Of a stretch of DNA of 64,000 nucleotides, positions 43,301-48,303 are shown one piece after another. The DNA is from Nanobdellota archaeon (GTDB lineage Archaea; Nanobdellota; Nanobdellia; Woesearchaeales; WJKV01): NCBI GenBank assembly GCA_023133595.1, contig JAGLWF010000002.1, positions 4,905 through 68,904 of the forward strand. Reading direction: 5' to 3'. The translations under genes were made by a program, and so were the position numbers. The first letter of the stretch is position 1, and the number at the start of each line of letters is the position of its first letter. Below the pieces are notes generated by a model that saw only the letters and a program-made list of their open reading frames with translations, searched no databases and was not told the origin of the DNA.

Positions 43301-45724
43301 AAAAGGCTTGATTATTTTATCTGTTTCTTTATATTCGCCAACTATTGCCAAAGCTGTGGCAATTTCCAGGGAAGTATTCGATCCTCCAGGAGGATCGTAG
43401 GTCACGTTAATCTTTGTCAACTCTGAGATGTTCTGCAGTGCTGTCACAGAGACATTGAACACTTTAGTTTCATTCACTGCAAAAGGAGGCCATTCACAAT
43501 AGACAGCGCTCTTCCCTTCAAAGCTGATGATTGATTTATTCTCGCAGGCATCAGATACATCATTTGCCGTGATCAGGAACTTGGTTGGATCGAATCTCCA
43601 GTGGAACATCACAGGATATCCCACCATAGATTCAGTATTACCAATGTTCGAGACATTAATCTTCAGCATTGCAGTGTCGACAAATGTTCGCTTGTCAATC
43701 ACTGTTGTCTGATTCCCTGCAAACTCATAACTCATATCAAAGAATGCTCGAGAATCATTAACCAAAAAAGAAAAAAAAGTTGTATTCGATATGAAAGAAG
43801 CATTGTTTATAGTGTAATTGGCTGAAGCACTAAAGTTAAACTGGCCTGTTTGGGATATAGGGCCTCTTACTTTTAACTTCAGGACTCGCAGCTCTTTTAC
43901 TTCCAAATCTCCTACTGAAATAACAATGGAGTTGTTACCCAATGAAGAATTGGATGGCATACCTACAATACTAAATCCATCTGGAATACCTCCAAAGAAT
44001 GTAAGATTTGTGATATTTTCCTGTCTGTCATTGACAAGAACAATTTCTATGTCTGCCTCTTTTCCCTGGCCAATTCCGTCAGGCGCTTCGACATAGATCC
44101 TGAGATCCTCTGCAATCTCCTGCGTGACCAGAGTCACATTTTCTGGCTCAACAAATTTCTCTGCAAATCCAGGATCATCTGCTGTCAAGGTCAATGTATA
44201 ACCAGAGCCAGAGAAAGTCTGTAATTCTTCCCATTCACCTCTGCATATCCGGAAATCAAAGTTCCAATCTTTGCATTTATAGACAACATTTGATCCAGAG
44301 GCTGTGACACCGACAGTTGCGAAATTCAGATTGAAATCAGAAAGATCAATAGCATACATCTGCTTCCATTCCCCAGACATATTGCCGTACAAAGGAATTA
44401 CTGGATCTAATCTAAGAGTAAGATCCTTATCTTCCTCAATCATGAAATCGTGGATCTCGATATTGAAAATCGGTCCGGTGTGCGGTTCAACAATAAGATC
44501 GTATTTCTCTCCAGCGTATAAAGTGAATTTGTTGTTATTATTGTGTATCTCTTTTCCATTCTCTACTGCTTCATAGCAGGTGATTGTTGCTGGAACATCT
44601 AATCCAAGCGCATTCTTCATGCTCAGCTGTGCCCGGACTTCAGCAGCAATTATCACATCAAAGTATATTGTCTGTGATACAGGTTCTCCGCCAATAGTTC
44701 CATACACTGTGATTGCATATCTTCCAGGACCAGACGGGATGAAAGTATATTCCCTCCTGTCAGTCTCAAATATCTTGAACAGTTCTTTATCAATGACCTG
44801 GCTCACTTCCATCCTGTCGAAATTAGCAATATCCACTGTAATGCTGACTGGCTCACCGAATGAATACACAGCTTTGTCAATATGTACAAGATCTCCAGAA
44901 ACAGGATGTACCTCAAATGTTGCAGTCGCGTTCTTGACAATACTGCCAAGACGTGCTTCTGCATAAACAGTGTATGTTCCTGTTTCCTGTGGAGAAAATG
45001 TGTCTGAACCTCCTAGCAATTGATAATCCTGACCAGCTTTAGTGATAGTTATCTCATAGCCAAGATAATCAGGGGAGGTTACATCAAACAAGACTTGTTC
45101 TCCAAGAGTATAGAGTGTCTTGTCTGTGGATATGAAGAACTCGATAGTTTCAGGATCAACAAAAAAAGCAGAAAGAGAGCTTTTTTCAGAATAATCAACA
45201 CTTATGTTTTCAAGCGAGGATAGATCAACATAAATGACTTGCGCAGATACAATATTATTTTCAGTCGCACCCAACCGGCCAGGATAGATTTGTAAAGGAG
45301 AATCCCAGGCATCCAGGATAGGATCAAGATCTATAAAGTTACAGCAGATCTCTTCACCATAACATTCGTATCTTGTCCTGCCAGAATCAAGAGATTCAAC
45401 TTCCCATCTGGTACATAGTTTATTTTGATCAAGAGCAATCTCAAACAAGGTGTCTTCTACTGTGAAATCTATAACACCATGAGGAAGAAATTCAATACCA
45501 TCATCATCAGGATCCCAAAGTGTTCCGGATTTAAAGTTTAGGTCCAATAGGATTTGTCCGTTATTTTGTTCAGAAAGAGTTGTTTCAGGTGCATAGTTCC
45601 CACTATATGGGTTCGCTGATACTAAAGCTGTATCACTAACCAAAGCTGAAGTGAAAATAGTTAAAATAGCTAAAATTAGAGCTAACACTAAAAAATACTT
45701 TAGCTTCTGGTTTACTTTAGCCAA
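25331..45724 (-). CDS. Giant (6797 aa) secreted surface/adhesin-like protein: signal peptide, Ig-like repeats, two PQQ-like beta-propellers, two NosD/right-handed beta-helix regions, FN3-like and CARDB-like domains
   Basis: Uninterrupted 20.4-kb ORF; N-terminal signal; repeated YAL.A.TG..W motifs; N-rich I..N.I..N...GI repeats; very dense N-x-S/T sequons; TTG start. Confidence 0.9.
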   Translation of the reverse strand: MAKVNQKLKYFLVLALILAILTIFTSALVSDTALVSANPYSGNYAPETTLSEQNNGQILLDLNFKSGTLWDPDDDGIEFLPHGVIDFTVEDTLFEIALDQNKLCTRWEVESLDSGRTRYECYGEEICCNFIDLDPILDAWDSPLQIYPGRLGATENNIVSAQVIYVDLSSLENISVDYSEKSSLSAFFVDPETIEFFISTDKTLYTLGEQVLFDVTSPDYLGYEITITKAGQDYQLLGGSDTFSPQETGTYTVYAEARLGSIVKNATATFEVHPVSGDLVHIDKAVYSFGEPVSITVDIANFDRMEVSQVIDKELFKIFETDRREYTFIPSGPGRYAITVYGTIGGEPVSQTIYFDVIIAAEVRAQLSMKNALGLDVPATITCYEAVENGKEIHNNNNKFTLYAGEKYDLIVEPHTGPIFNIEIHDFMIEEDKDLTLRLDPVIPLYGNMSGEWKQMYAIDLSDFNLNFATVGVTASGSNVVYKCKDWNFDFRICRGEWEELQTFSGSGYTLTLTADDPGFAEKFVEPENVTLVTQEIAEDLRIYVEAPDGIGQGKEADIEIVLVNDRQENITNLTFFGGIPDGFSIVGMPSNSSLGNNSIVISVGDLEVKELRVLKLKVRGPISQTGQFNFSASANYTINNASFISNTTFFSFLVNDSRAFFDMSYEFAGNQTTVIDKRTFVDTAMLKINVSNIGNTESMVGYPVMFHWRFDPTKFLITANDVSDACENKSIISFEGKSAVYCEWPPFAVNETKVFNVSVTALQNISELTKINVTYDPPGGSNTSLEIATALAIVGEYKETDKIIKPFMKSGYYIVQYLFLKIFGLFGFDSDIDSISGGAVIAPEEEITAPVIPEALEPIPGPQVNETSQGAEEEQLPEEPVQEEIVIPDAPPPRGPGTSKGKGKGQDKKQQGKQAVYLTTINNFYLRGEISGINYSISSLYLAPEDAETAEYLAEGDVTPVITGGWVSKEDQEVLFRHPAKGRALGLRAKFGEGNVDLRKLKIRKDSTRIAVNFSGVTGVEEAHTLYFENTQNIGLYICPQAEELSGVYQGCANMTTFFYAEILANVTKDGYTVYIDAGKYVIENVTGSGAGEILITKALHLDLNKSTIEDIYNHVRALDNIWSPAIYHNEYIRVTFEQELDQSRDITLYARNNQSANTTVEVYYFNSSNKITEFPVITETKYYKVYLTGMNGSHDTFDLKIKNNDANASAYLEFDHIIDPSVLILRPDGDGHELDWTPLGGNTHFEEVNETIADDDSSYVSAGTQNYEDYWTVENHTTEIGTIHNITVWLRTKSSTGTEEFAVCIQSDGTESCSADKLDYATWTNDSETWLLNPADDQAWEWADIDVLEIGVKSRAIGSWGGTTAYVTQAWVEVHYTLQATAPYGMIIHDIDGKANNSATNDNQPEVNFTVQDSEQATLSCELYVNGSVGYGANSSIPVATPSIIEINQSLGDGNYTVFVNCSDNGLTNVSDTWAFTIDTASPNVTLNLPAADYYNDTSSPVNVPFNCSVTDNHNLTNLSLYITDSTNSSFTLNQTMNTSGTYNSSNWALSLQNGNYTWNCIAYDAAGNSDWGDANRSIEINSTATASVEWNQSTLSLSADQGLTGSKNATVNATNSNENVVVTEVFTNATDFNATPVHFITATPMSLGDMNNNLSEVRFECSPSKVQAPGNYTSIFNVKSDQNSTGDNITVACTVNEATPLIEIITPADNSENYSSTVTVEVIVDRVVPDGVTYSLNGAANVSMTKYIINYTQRGADQYRTSAVKGRMPKQANVLWMINVTGEFDIFQQPTIKNDILYIAGKDYDDDETTYAGHRRTFFINATTGEQICNITTGGTDSPLSIGDNGMAYMASIDGSYNTTYALNATNCQHIWNFTYPGKFIGAPALDQEKDMVFVNTKDYSRVFALNSTTGAHIWNVSLGFYYYYMISSITIYNDKLYVPGFTYGESGGNLFIINESNGAALYATQNELRGYWDSSPTIDKDTGIFYIGGGDGNIYAYNATNLEVEWKYDTGSRNTYMLATPALHDGTIFAGGATNKIYALDAKTGELKWDYSTGNDVYSSPVVADGKIVFGSLDNKTYVLNETDGSLIWSYDHGGQVFGSPALVDGILYMPTDTWMLYAFGNISVIYTAEITPTSGSNTIIVYANNSDNDLATDTITFTSNTTLPTLSNAVVNDTSVAQNASVRINMTATHPGGNNKVTIVNATIRYPNSSKTNVTLTSYMDSFNDTSSDRENGTVSKKGYTGGKFGCMNNRPEHFGYSGGLDTPETYALESEERTLGPLEEMVGTGVYTGSGNVTELCVYTTNAGAGTNNMIIGIYTQNGTTDRPNDLLCYSVPISIPDANGWQCGAVNASSDDCMLNASTTYYFVPTVQNTDCAYRVAAGRGDARSRVYDWTNPYPSLPDPIPYLNLLDNSYKWGCFLAKFNDSNTTDMYTNYTDYTYVTTNEYGNITQISVIVEVDSYDPNASAEQGNAYPDLELYIYTGGGYESGFMPVANFSLNNTYTGGSLNTTNVNFTVNITTAAYLNAWQQSYKNRNIKVRGVGLDWHTASIIDEINYVNVWVKIYYQNVTGVYYTDFNNTDQFGTYNITNGYGTDSYGNSNSQTFTATYFKVTELNPPNVTLNLPAPDYHNDTSDPVDVLFNCSVTDDTGLTNISLYITDSTNSSFTLNQTTNIGGTSNSSNWTLSLQNGNYTWNCLAYDTSDNSDWGDANRSIEINATPAVQPTIGIYLVSPTTDINATQYGWFNVTVNVSCYNADCGNINVSLDPESSAASVPEEILAETEYIYPEIIKAEQPVPKLVPAQTPEPIPDPEPLVKEPVIESEIEETIETTAFTESVIVAESDMMKITFKSNKPEFFDYTVNQRGALYDLEIVEQKAKGVKVNIRGMTELKNITVYSEAAPEKQVKTVVRGMRQLTQIAVKSEVFAVNESFEFTNATITLPVEGKVSTILHCPDFNTDTGECMQWLATGIPFTEADGEVTFTVNEFSAYIAGQIQIINTQSYPTLNGNWTVLFSTNGSANLTITPVLGTAFMTDLDFLELKCGNTVLNATYNGSSVFYQNYSCNETGTEISMVKTPGKHVLKFEFGISVDYAYNLVNIDAPSVLIDLNLTGDAIGHELLWKTNATGTYDEFGGTSVLNDRLAITSKQGWPEPGPDEDGFTWIACLNHTTGEFLWNETYGNSDATPYSRDDKVYHLTYNGFSTAFIYNTTTGLQICNYTFEGNDTYDGSANSPLVEGDYFYFAELYDASVPSLVWALNATDCTPIWNQSFGVAGWGSPGSSPSYYEDIVYISGGASTDFYAQNATTGDHIWNTSLNAMIWDSSPTIATDLGRVYVGTTGSRLYSLNNDGVGGVNWSYDPNGDIYRTPSYHDDKLFFSTADATEHMVYGLNASTGAELWTTSVTPGDSGSNYGSYASVYNDFVFMLLIATDKVHLFNETNGDEIWSYQMGAGSFSAPAVADGILSFTTDDWYVYAFDIGVGTGKNWSTLKYDNQRTGYCSDCLTEWQYVKANCTTASGETVCTITNNYDHNVSNVTMNNNDYNVNWYNSSWDLLKANSSFYAMNTTDLENDSSITIFLLEAGLPTPFDLLLPANGTRSANLTPFLDWEDTSDADFQNYTVEVDDDADFTSVNYTYVLGNTVTNSSYQVTSDWTTDTIWYWKVTAYDSEGNSTSSISTFTYFTDTTPPHIYLEAPANNTKNTTSRQPDFIFNATDNMATNMSCVLWMNNTNSSVESYGINDSVLNATTTTISANDTLADDNYTWWINCSDRASQNMSEVRNLTIDFLEKGLISTAPGTEPFWTNDSNPRIINLNNSQSQLVTFWVNATGSINSVWEFFAYANLTSDESISNTTSKFNVTIIEGVNTAPYGITIHDIDGKANNSVTNDNQPEINFTVQDSEESTLSCELYVNSSVGYGANSSIPAATPSLIEINQTLGDGNYTVFVNCSDGSLTNVSDTWTFFIDTSPPNVTLNLPAHPYYNDTSDPVNVPFNCSVTDNYNLTNLSLYITNSLNQSFTLNQTMNTSGTYNSSNWILSLQNGNYTWNCLAYDSVGYTDWGDANRSIEINYTAAGTYCNGAYSSGDWDISTAVVCENETVPITGNVTIQQGGNLTLRNATFTFNLDGNGTLFLNKTEGGALFITDLDNDKATTNDRSVLQPNETGLYYDFFAWGVNGNDNLTVQYSRISSAGLWNGVIGTGAITMCNVSDALIKGNYINDTRGILLDISNNSIVVDNTINDSMWAISCERRCNNVTIANNTINNIDQSGIILQNNSNNNKVLNNTLINITVWDGITLQNNANYNLIQDNTVSNTTGTNYGIMLYFADYNTIDSNEVTYNAYPGILVDRSNYVNVTNNIAHNNTWYGIFTERSNNTRIINNTVNNNSVHGIYVTWESEDILIENNTANINTEVGIYIYNSSRNVTIQYNTVNSNIERGMLIWNVSEIYIYNNTAINNGNWGLIFDEVMYGEMAENNVSGSAYAQIGIDYGACHNLIKDNIVSGGTRGIGIYNVRININNTIQGNNVSDATDYGLAIEQANNFIIANYINNTVGGASSCGMLLQANGSNTTIIGNRINHSGYCGMWIYQGIDNTFIDNTHISNSSQFGILGDTALNITFANSSINGDYNNVSYYEMWLLNGAKMIATNSTFLKTEPFMSDTAVLTRRWYVQGNVTDQFKSPVSGATVKGYFNNSGTWVESFSSQTGADGLTGWREIVEYNQSSGGFTYFTWSNFTANKSSVANETIELIEYSKIFNLTISEADVTPPNCTIVSVTPSNLTIFSGGAFEAIINCTDPSGLNVTLTGNHYNTFVTRTIHNLSLPYSPFLGRFWSLYPPANNLTVSGGPVTEPILRAMGRNESFWYETLGIFNDTYSYAVNDGENDKLNVTTGSDWALLNYTWLVESTGYSQMHYLTIKDMEAEIKKDYEVFEQNALLVKFWNIESMRDIDNYTMSIFVNVNFSGAPVEDLTIYYCNSSYNISGTVTPLDDITNCVFIQSLSTADLNGSCDFTSRNSSYISDKFSIINGEIGGIEATGANYLYYQSDSLAATGKFLIRYANGSTITNVSFSETQTAWTTNDGGNNFIQANFTPDIWDAQAKVGDQFQMGVYITDLAGNNYTNLVLYNDSLDPLNLPISSPNIETYTSDAGGFDITLDGAHSRNMTIHVNIGIDPNVPGTVNHSLYLCNLDGTINYTINASFYSPNDSDLNISFNTSLVDDGEYRMNVTAVADDNSSNIESVLTVNNFTIDNTPPFISDENATNIYADRANIVWTTDEDSNSSVNYGDTTALGTIKVGTARVTSHNVLITGLMNNTLYYYNVTSCDIAGNCNTTGPYNFTTTSVTLPVINAINDTPDPIDQNQNITITANVTAGSYSVNSVWVTINGTNYSLVSATSAEEVGIHFAGFEAGDQGWNFTYLPAGAADSERIAEGALRPPPSQCDDSGDCSAAGGFIAHLQDDTLDSRFNQSFSFTGYDSVNISFWSWEYSFEPNEYVQVLCDGNEIWRLTDGDYAEEQWIYSEIELSTENCTFDDTVEIKFLSDGMNGDADDWYVDGINLTGIQTSGNIWNVTVNITTLVGIQNYTVYANDTQNNRADPVTDNFTVTDANNPTVTLNLPGPEYYDDTEPTIVTFNCSVTDDYLLQNLSLYITDQTNSSFTLNQTMNTTGTYNSSNWQLDLNNGNYTWNCLAYDSSGNSDWGDANRSIEINASYCQGQYFSGDWDILTNVVCENETVPITGNVTILQGGNLTLRNATFNFNLDYNGSLFINKSSGGGLWIYDLDSNQATTNDKSILQSNETGLFFDFYVFGSNDNDNFTMQYSEVSQAGVNNGSFGILLKDLDNVVLRGNRINHSRYLYLNSTNNSLITDNIFVNNLYGIVVQNSNYINITNNTIIDSTDDNIYIYGNSTGNRIINNTLNESGDNGLNLEYISNHVIQDNTIWNNTNYGIYTPGPTTDNLFDGNDIRFNGFYGIYSTAGLRNNFTNNQINYNGIYGLTVAFDSNDSRIINNTLINNTYSGIYLYGNNSNHLIENNTAKFHPLYGIFLDEVNTNVTIKNNTVLNNSDRGIQISNGTDIKIYSNFIVNNSNWGIVLDSANNSIVENNTVEHIGGGTAMIALDLDANNNIIRNNTVVGGLRGISIYNVGGGSINNTIIDNSVSDAQLYGITLETPFNYIINNNINNTWGVNSAGILLWLQGYNSTVEDTIINYTNTNGIWIDQVDNTVIDNTKIDNTNYYAIYAPNSQNITLSNSTLTANYSIPTYYEIWLLNGALMTSINSTFNKSEPFMSDTAILTTKWYVRGNVTTNVGNPIDDATVKGYFNNSGTWVESFSTQTEASGLTGWREIVEYNQSSTGFTYFTQSNFTANKSTSSNETIELIEYSQTININITLDDVENPNITLNLPAHPYYNDTSDPVDIPFNCSATDNINLFNISLYITDSTNSSFTLNQTTNIGGTSNSSNWTLSLQNGNYTWNCLAYDTSDNSDWGDENRSIEINFTGAAANIDLTLNATDIQFNDSNPNEKDNITINATIYNLGTTNATDVIVQFFEGNETHGTQINGNLTVNISATSNVTMNITYNATIGNKTITVVVDPPTATNGSITEYNESNNYAATQLHTRAHHIFWGQISGNISLADASGDTMYSWTVASPKGVVYLTDIDSGINFLTLQALGKNSSGANATTDFSDVDSNLNMTDFNDSVSILWTGNNGSVANFTKSFTLTGLQIDDVPIINSTNNSQFVTGIVWDYSDDIGADGEYDTSDQEDLLFITNISNNAASQYGAIDYEVRVPAIMRTYDSGTEGVVFYVELE
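26268..41284 (-). repeat. Five ~310-bp intragenic repeats encoding an Ig-like module (about 26268-26575, 28625-28925, 33521-33835, 37564-37866, 40971-41284)
   Basis: Repeated peptide P.VTLNLP...Y.DT......FNCS.TD...L.N.SLYIT...N.SFTLNQT.N..GT.NSSNW.L.L.NGNYTWNC.AYD.....DWGD.NRSIEIN with high DNA identity. Confidence 0.92.
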
Positions 45725-46000
45725 ATCTATACACCCTATACCCCAATTAAAACCGGTAGTGAAGTTAGAATAAAAAGATGCATTTGCACTGAAGAGTACT
45801 CCTAATATTTTTTATGTCAAGAATCGCCAGTCAAATAGACTGGCAGTATGAACGTTGTTCATAGACTATCTAGGCGGTTCTTGAGCACGCTCAGGAATTC
45901 CTTGACCTTCGCCATCCAATGGATATTTCAACCCCTCCTCAATAGAGGAGAGGAGTTCCTGACGTTTCAATTTAATTATACGTAGGTGTAATTCGTATGT

Positions 46001-46186
46001 GCATAGCACCAAGCATAGCCTTTGAATAAACGCGCCAATAATATAGAATCGTTTTTATGAGCAATATGCTAAACCGCAACCAAAATTTCAAACTATTATA
46101 CTTGCGGTTTAGTATTACGAAGCCGCAACAAGTTAGTAATAATATTTGCGGCTGAGTATATTATAATCGTGCAAAGCGTGCTATGT
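46001..46186 (+). repeat. Type A element copy 4 with a ~94-bp internal insertion (46068-46161)
   Basis: Near-identical to 52674-52765 once the insertion is removed. Confidence 0.85.
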
Positions 46187-46207
46187 GCATACGAGAATAG
46201 GCTATAA

Positions 46208-46504
46208 TTATAAATATCCTAATTTCTTAAGATATATTCTGAGTTCTTTATATTCCTTTGCTCTGTCAAGGATACAAAGGATTTTTACAAAAGGTTTATC
46301 TACAAGATAAATCACTCTTTTCTCTTTGCGATTATCTTCAAATCTTATTCTGAATAAAAATAAACCATATCCATGAATTCGTTTATATCTAAATGGATTT
46401 ATTTTAATTATTTTAAGTTTTTTATCTAGAAGTTTGGCAGCTTCATTACTGAGATCATCAAGTTGTTTTAAGAAAAATTTAGTTGGTTTTAATGTAAAAA
46501 CCAT
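46208..46504 (-). CDS. RelE/ParE-like type II toxin
   Basis: Basic 98-aa protein with F.K.L..L...I..NP.R.K.I.G...FRIR...RVIY. Confidence 0.78.
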   Translation of the reverse strand: MVFTLKPTKFFLKQLDDLSNEAAKLLDKKLKIIKINPFRYKRIHGYGLFLFRIRFEDNRKEKRVIYLVDKPFVKILCILDRAKEYKELRIYLKKLGYL

Positions 46505-46509
46505 TCTAT

Positions 46510-46755
46510 TTATTTTCTCCTTAGCTTCTTAAATAATTCTTCTTCTGTTCCATAGAGATTTTTTTTCTCACTAATTTCAGCAAGTTTTCTAACTAAAGCT
46601 AATTCTTCTTTAGATATTTCTGGTTCATCAAACAGCTTTTCTCTTACAATTTCCTTTATAAATTCTTGCACAGTACTAAATCCATGCTCTTCAGCATACG
46701 TCTTGGCTGTGCTAAGGATTTTTTCTTGAAACCTTACATTTATTTGTGTGTTCAT
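46510..46755 (-). CDS. Probable RHH-type antitoxin
   Basis: N-terminal beta strand QINVRF, two helices (EFIKEIVR), acidic tail; directly upstream of the toxin. Confidence 0.72.
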   Translation of the reverse strand: MNTQINVRFQEKILSTAKTYAEEHGFSTVQEFIKEIVREKLFDEPEISKEELALVRKLAEISEKKNLYGTEEELFKKLRRK

Positions 46756-46758
46756 ATT

Positions 46759-46774
46759 GGTATCTATAGATACC
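46759..46774. promoter_or_regulatory. Perfect 16-bp palindrome, probable TA operator
   Basis: GGTATCTATAGATACC between the TATA (about 46781-46790) and the antitoxin start. Confidence 0.65.
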
Positions 46775-47048
46775 TGAAACTATATAAATGTTTCGGTTTT
46801 TTGTGCCCATACATTATTAATTTATTTTATAATTTTTCTATCTGCTTTTTTCTACATCTGACTACATACAAACCCTATTTTTGAAAATTTAGTAAAGTCA
46901 TCAAATTGGACAAAGTTATTCCGAAAGGTACGGAATTTAGGGAAAATCTTACCCCTACTTTTCTTTGAAAAATTAAATATTTGCAGAAAGGTAAGGGCAA
47001 ACTTTAGAAATTTTATTGGTTCTCAAAAAACTCTTATGGTTTCGGAAA

Positions 47049-47297
47049 TTACTGCTCGTTTTTATGGTACAAACTTAGAAAGACAATTTCATCCTTTTCC
47101 TTAAAATAAACATAGGCCAGCCTGAATGGTTTGATATAAACTTCTCTTGTTCCTTTTCTGACATTTCTCAGGGGTTTTCCAATTTCTGGATTGTCTTTGA
47201 TTTTAGAAAACTGTTTAATTATTTTCTCTTTCAGACCATTATCTTTTATTTTCGAAAAAATCTTCCGAAAGACAGGATTAAAAGAAACTTTCACCAT
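47049..47297 (-). CDS. RelE/ParE family type II toxin
   Basis: I..NPEIGKPLR...G.R.V.I.PFRL.Y. Confidence 0.85.
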   Translation of the reverse strand: MVKVSFNPVFRKIFSKIKDNGLKEKIIKQFSKIKDNPEIGKPLRNVRKGTREVYIKPFRLAYVYFKEKDEIVFLSLYHKNEQ

Positions 47298-47557
47298 TTT
47301 TTAGCTTTTTCAATAAATTCATCAAAATCCATTTTGATGAATTCCCCTCTTTCATAAGCTTTCAAGGCTTCTTCTGTTTTCCTGGCGAATTCCAGATCTT
47401 CTTTTAGGTTCTCATCTAGTTTACTGGCCTTCTTCAGGATTAATTGTCCATTGTTCTTGATAACAACAATTTTATCTCCTTCATGAAGCCCTCTCCTCAT
47501 CTCAACAGGTATAACAATCTGGCCTTTGGAACTCATTTTGGTTATAGCAATATCCAT
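47291..47557 (-). CDS. AbrB/MazE/SpoVT family antitoxin
   Basis: KMSSKGQIVIP.EMR.....GD. Confidence 0.9.
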   Translation of the reverse strand: MDIAITKMSSKGQIVIPVEMRRGLHEGDKIVVIKNNGQLILKKASKLDENLKEDLEFARKTEEALKAYERGEFIKMDFDEFIEKAKKW

Positions 47558-47569
47558 TTTTAATCACCA

Positions 47570-47587
47570 AGTAAGATTAGTCTTACT
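47570..47587. promoter_or_regulatory. Inverted repeat, probable AbrB operator
   Basis: AGTAAGA-ttag-TCTTACT adjacent to the TATA (about 47591-47598). Confidence 0.6.
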
Positions 47588-47718
47588 AACTATATAAACC
47601 TTTCGGGTTTTTTTGATGAGAATAATCAGAGAAAATAATAAATAAGCACAAAAAATTATTTAACATCTATTTTTTGCAACAATAATGTTTAAATAGAAGC
47701 AAGGGTTTTCAATTAATT

Positions 47719-47766
47719 CCACAACATCTTGTGTATTCTAGACCAACTCTACGCAAGGGGTTGTAT
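47719..47766 (+). promoter_or_regulatory. NrdR boxes (strong box 47719-47734; weak box 47751-47766)
   Basis: ccaCaAcATcTtGtgt fits the consensus acaCwAtATaTwGtgt; second degenerate copy 32 bp downstream; TTTAAATA TATA box at about 47688. Confidence 0.72.
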
Positions 47767-47835
47767 TACTTGAGAGGTGTAAAATTAGCATCTTTAGAAA
47801 CTAGCGAGAGCTATTAACTACATGAGGTAAGATAA

Positions 47836-48288
47836 ATGAGATGTCCGTACTGCTCTGCCACAGAATCAAAAGTTGTAGACAAGAGAGAGACAACTAACAA
47901 CGACAGCACACGAAGAAGAAGAGAATGTCTCAAGTGCAGCAAGCGTTACACAACTTATGAACGCACTGAAAACTTCAATGTCACAATAATCAAGAAAGAC
48001 GGCAGAAGAGAAGCATTTGACAGGGAAAAAGTTCTGAAAGGAATATTGAGGGCGTGTGAAAAAAGACCGGTTCCAAGAGAAACTATTGAGAACGGAATCG
48101 ACATGATCGAGACAAAAATAAAAAATCATGACAACAGCGAAGTCCCAAGCAAAATCATTGGAGAGGAGATAATGACCTTTCTGGCAGAACTGGACAAGAT
48201 CGCTTACATCAGATTCGCATCTGTATACAGGGAATTCACAGATGTGAACACATTCATCGAGGAGATAAACAAGATTCTGAAAAAATAA
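47836..48288 (+). CDS. nrdR: Transcriptional repressor NrdR
   Basis: MRCPYC...V.D.R...RRRREC..C..R.TTYE Zn ribbon, ATP-cone, AYIRFASVYR.F. Confidence 0.96.
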   Translation: MRCPYCSATESKVVDKRETTNNDSTRRRRECLKCSKRYTTYERTENFNVTIIKKDGRREAFDREKVLKGILRACEKRPVPRETIENGIDMIETKIKNHDNSEVPSKIIGEEIMTFLAELDKIAYIRFASVYREFTDVNTFIEEINKILKK

Positions 48289-48303
48289 AGGTGAGGGAAA
48301 AAA

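Noticed and set aside
25100-44020. Diversity-generating retroelement acting on the giant gene
   Set aside because: No reverse transcriptase in the window; repeat differences are not adenine-restricted
25539-45223. Numerous antisense ORFs inside the giant gene and other long genes
   Set aside because: Shadow ORFs of real coding sequence with no independent motifs
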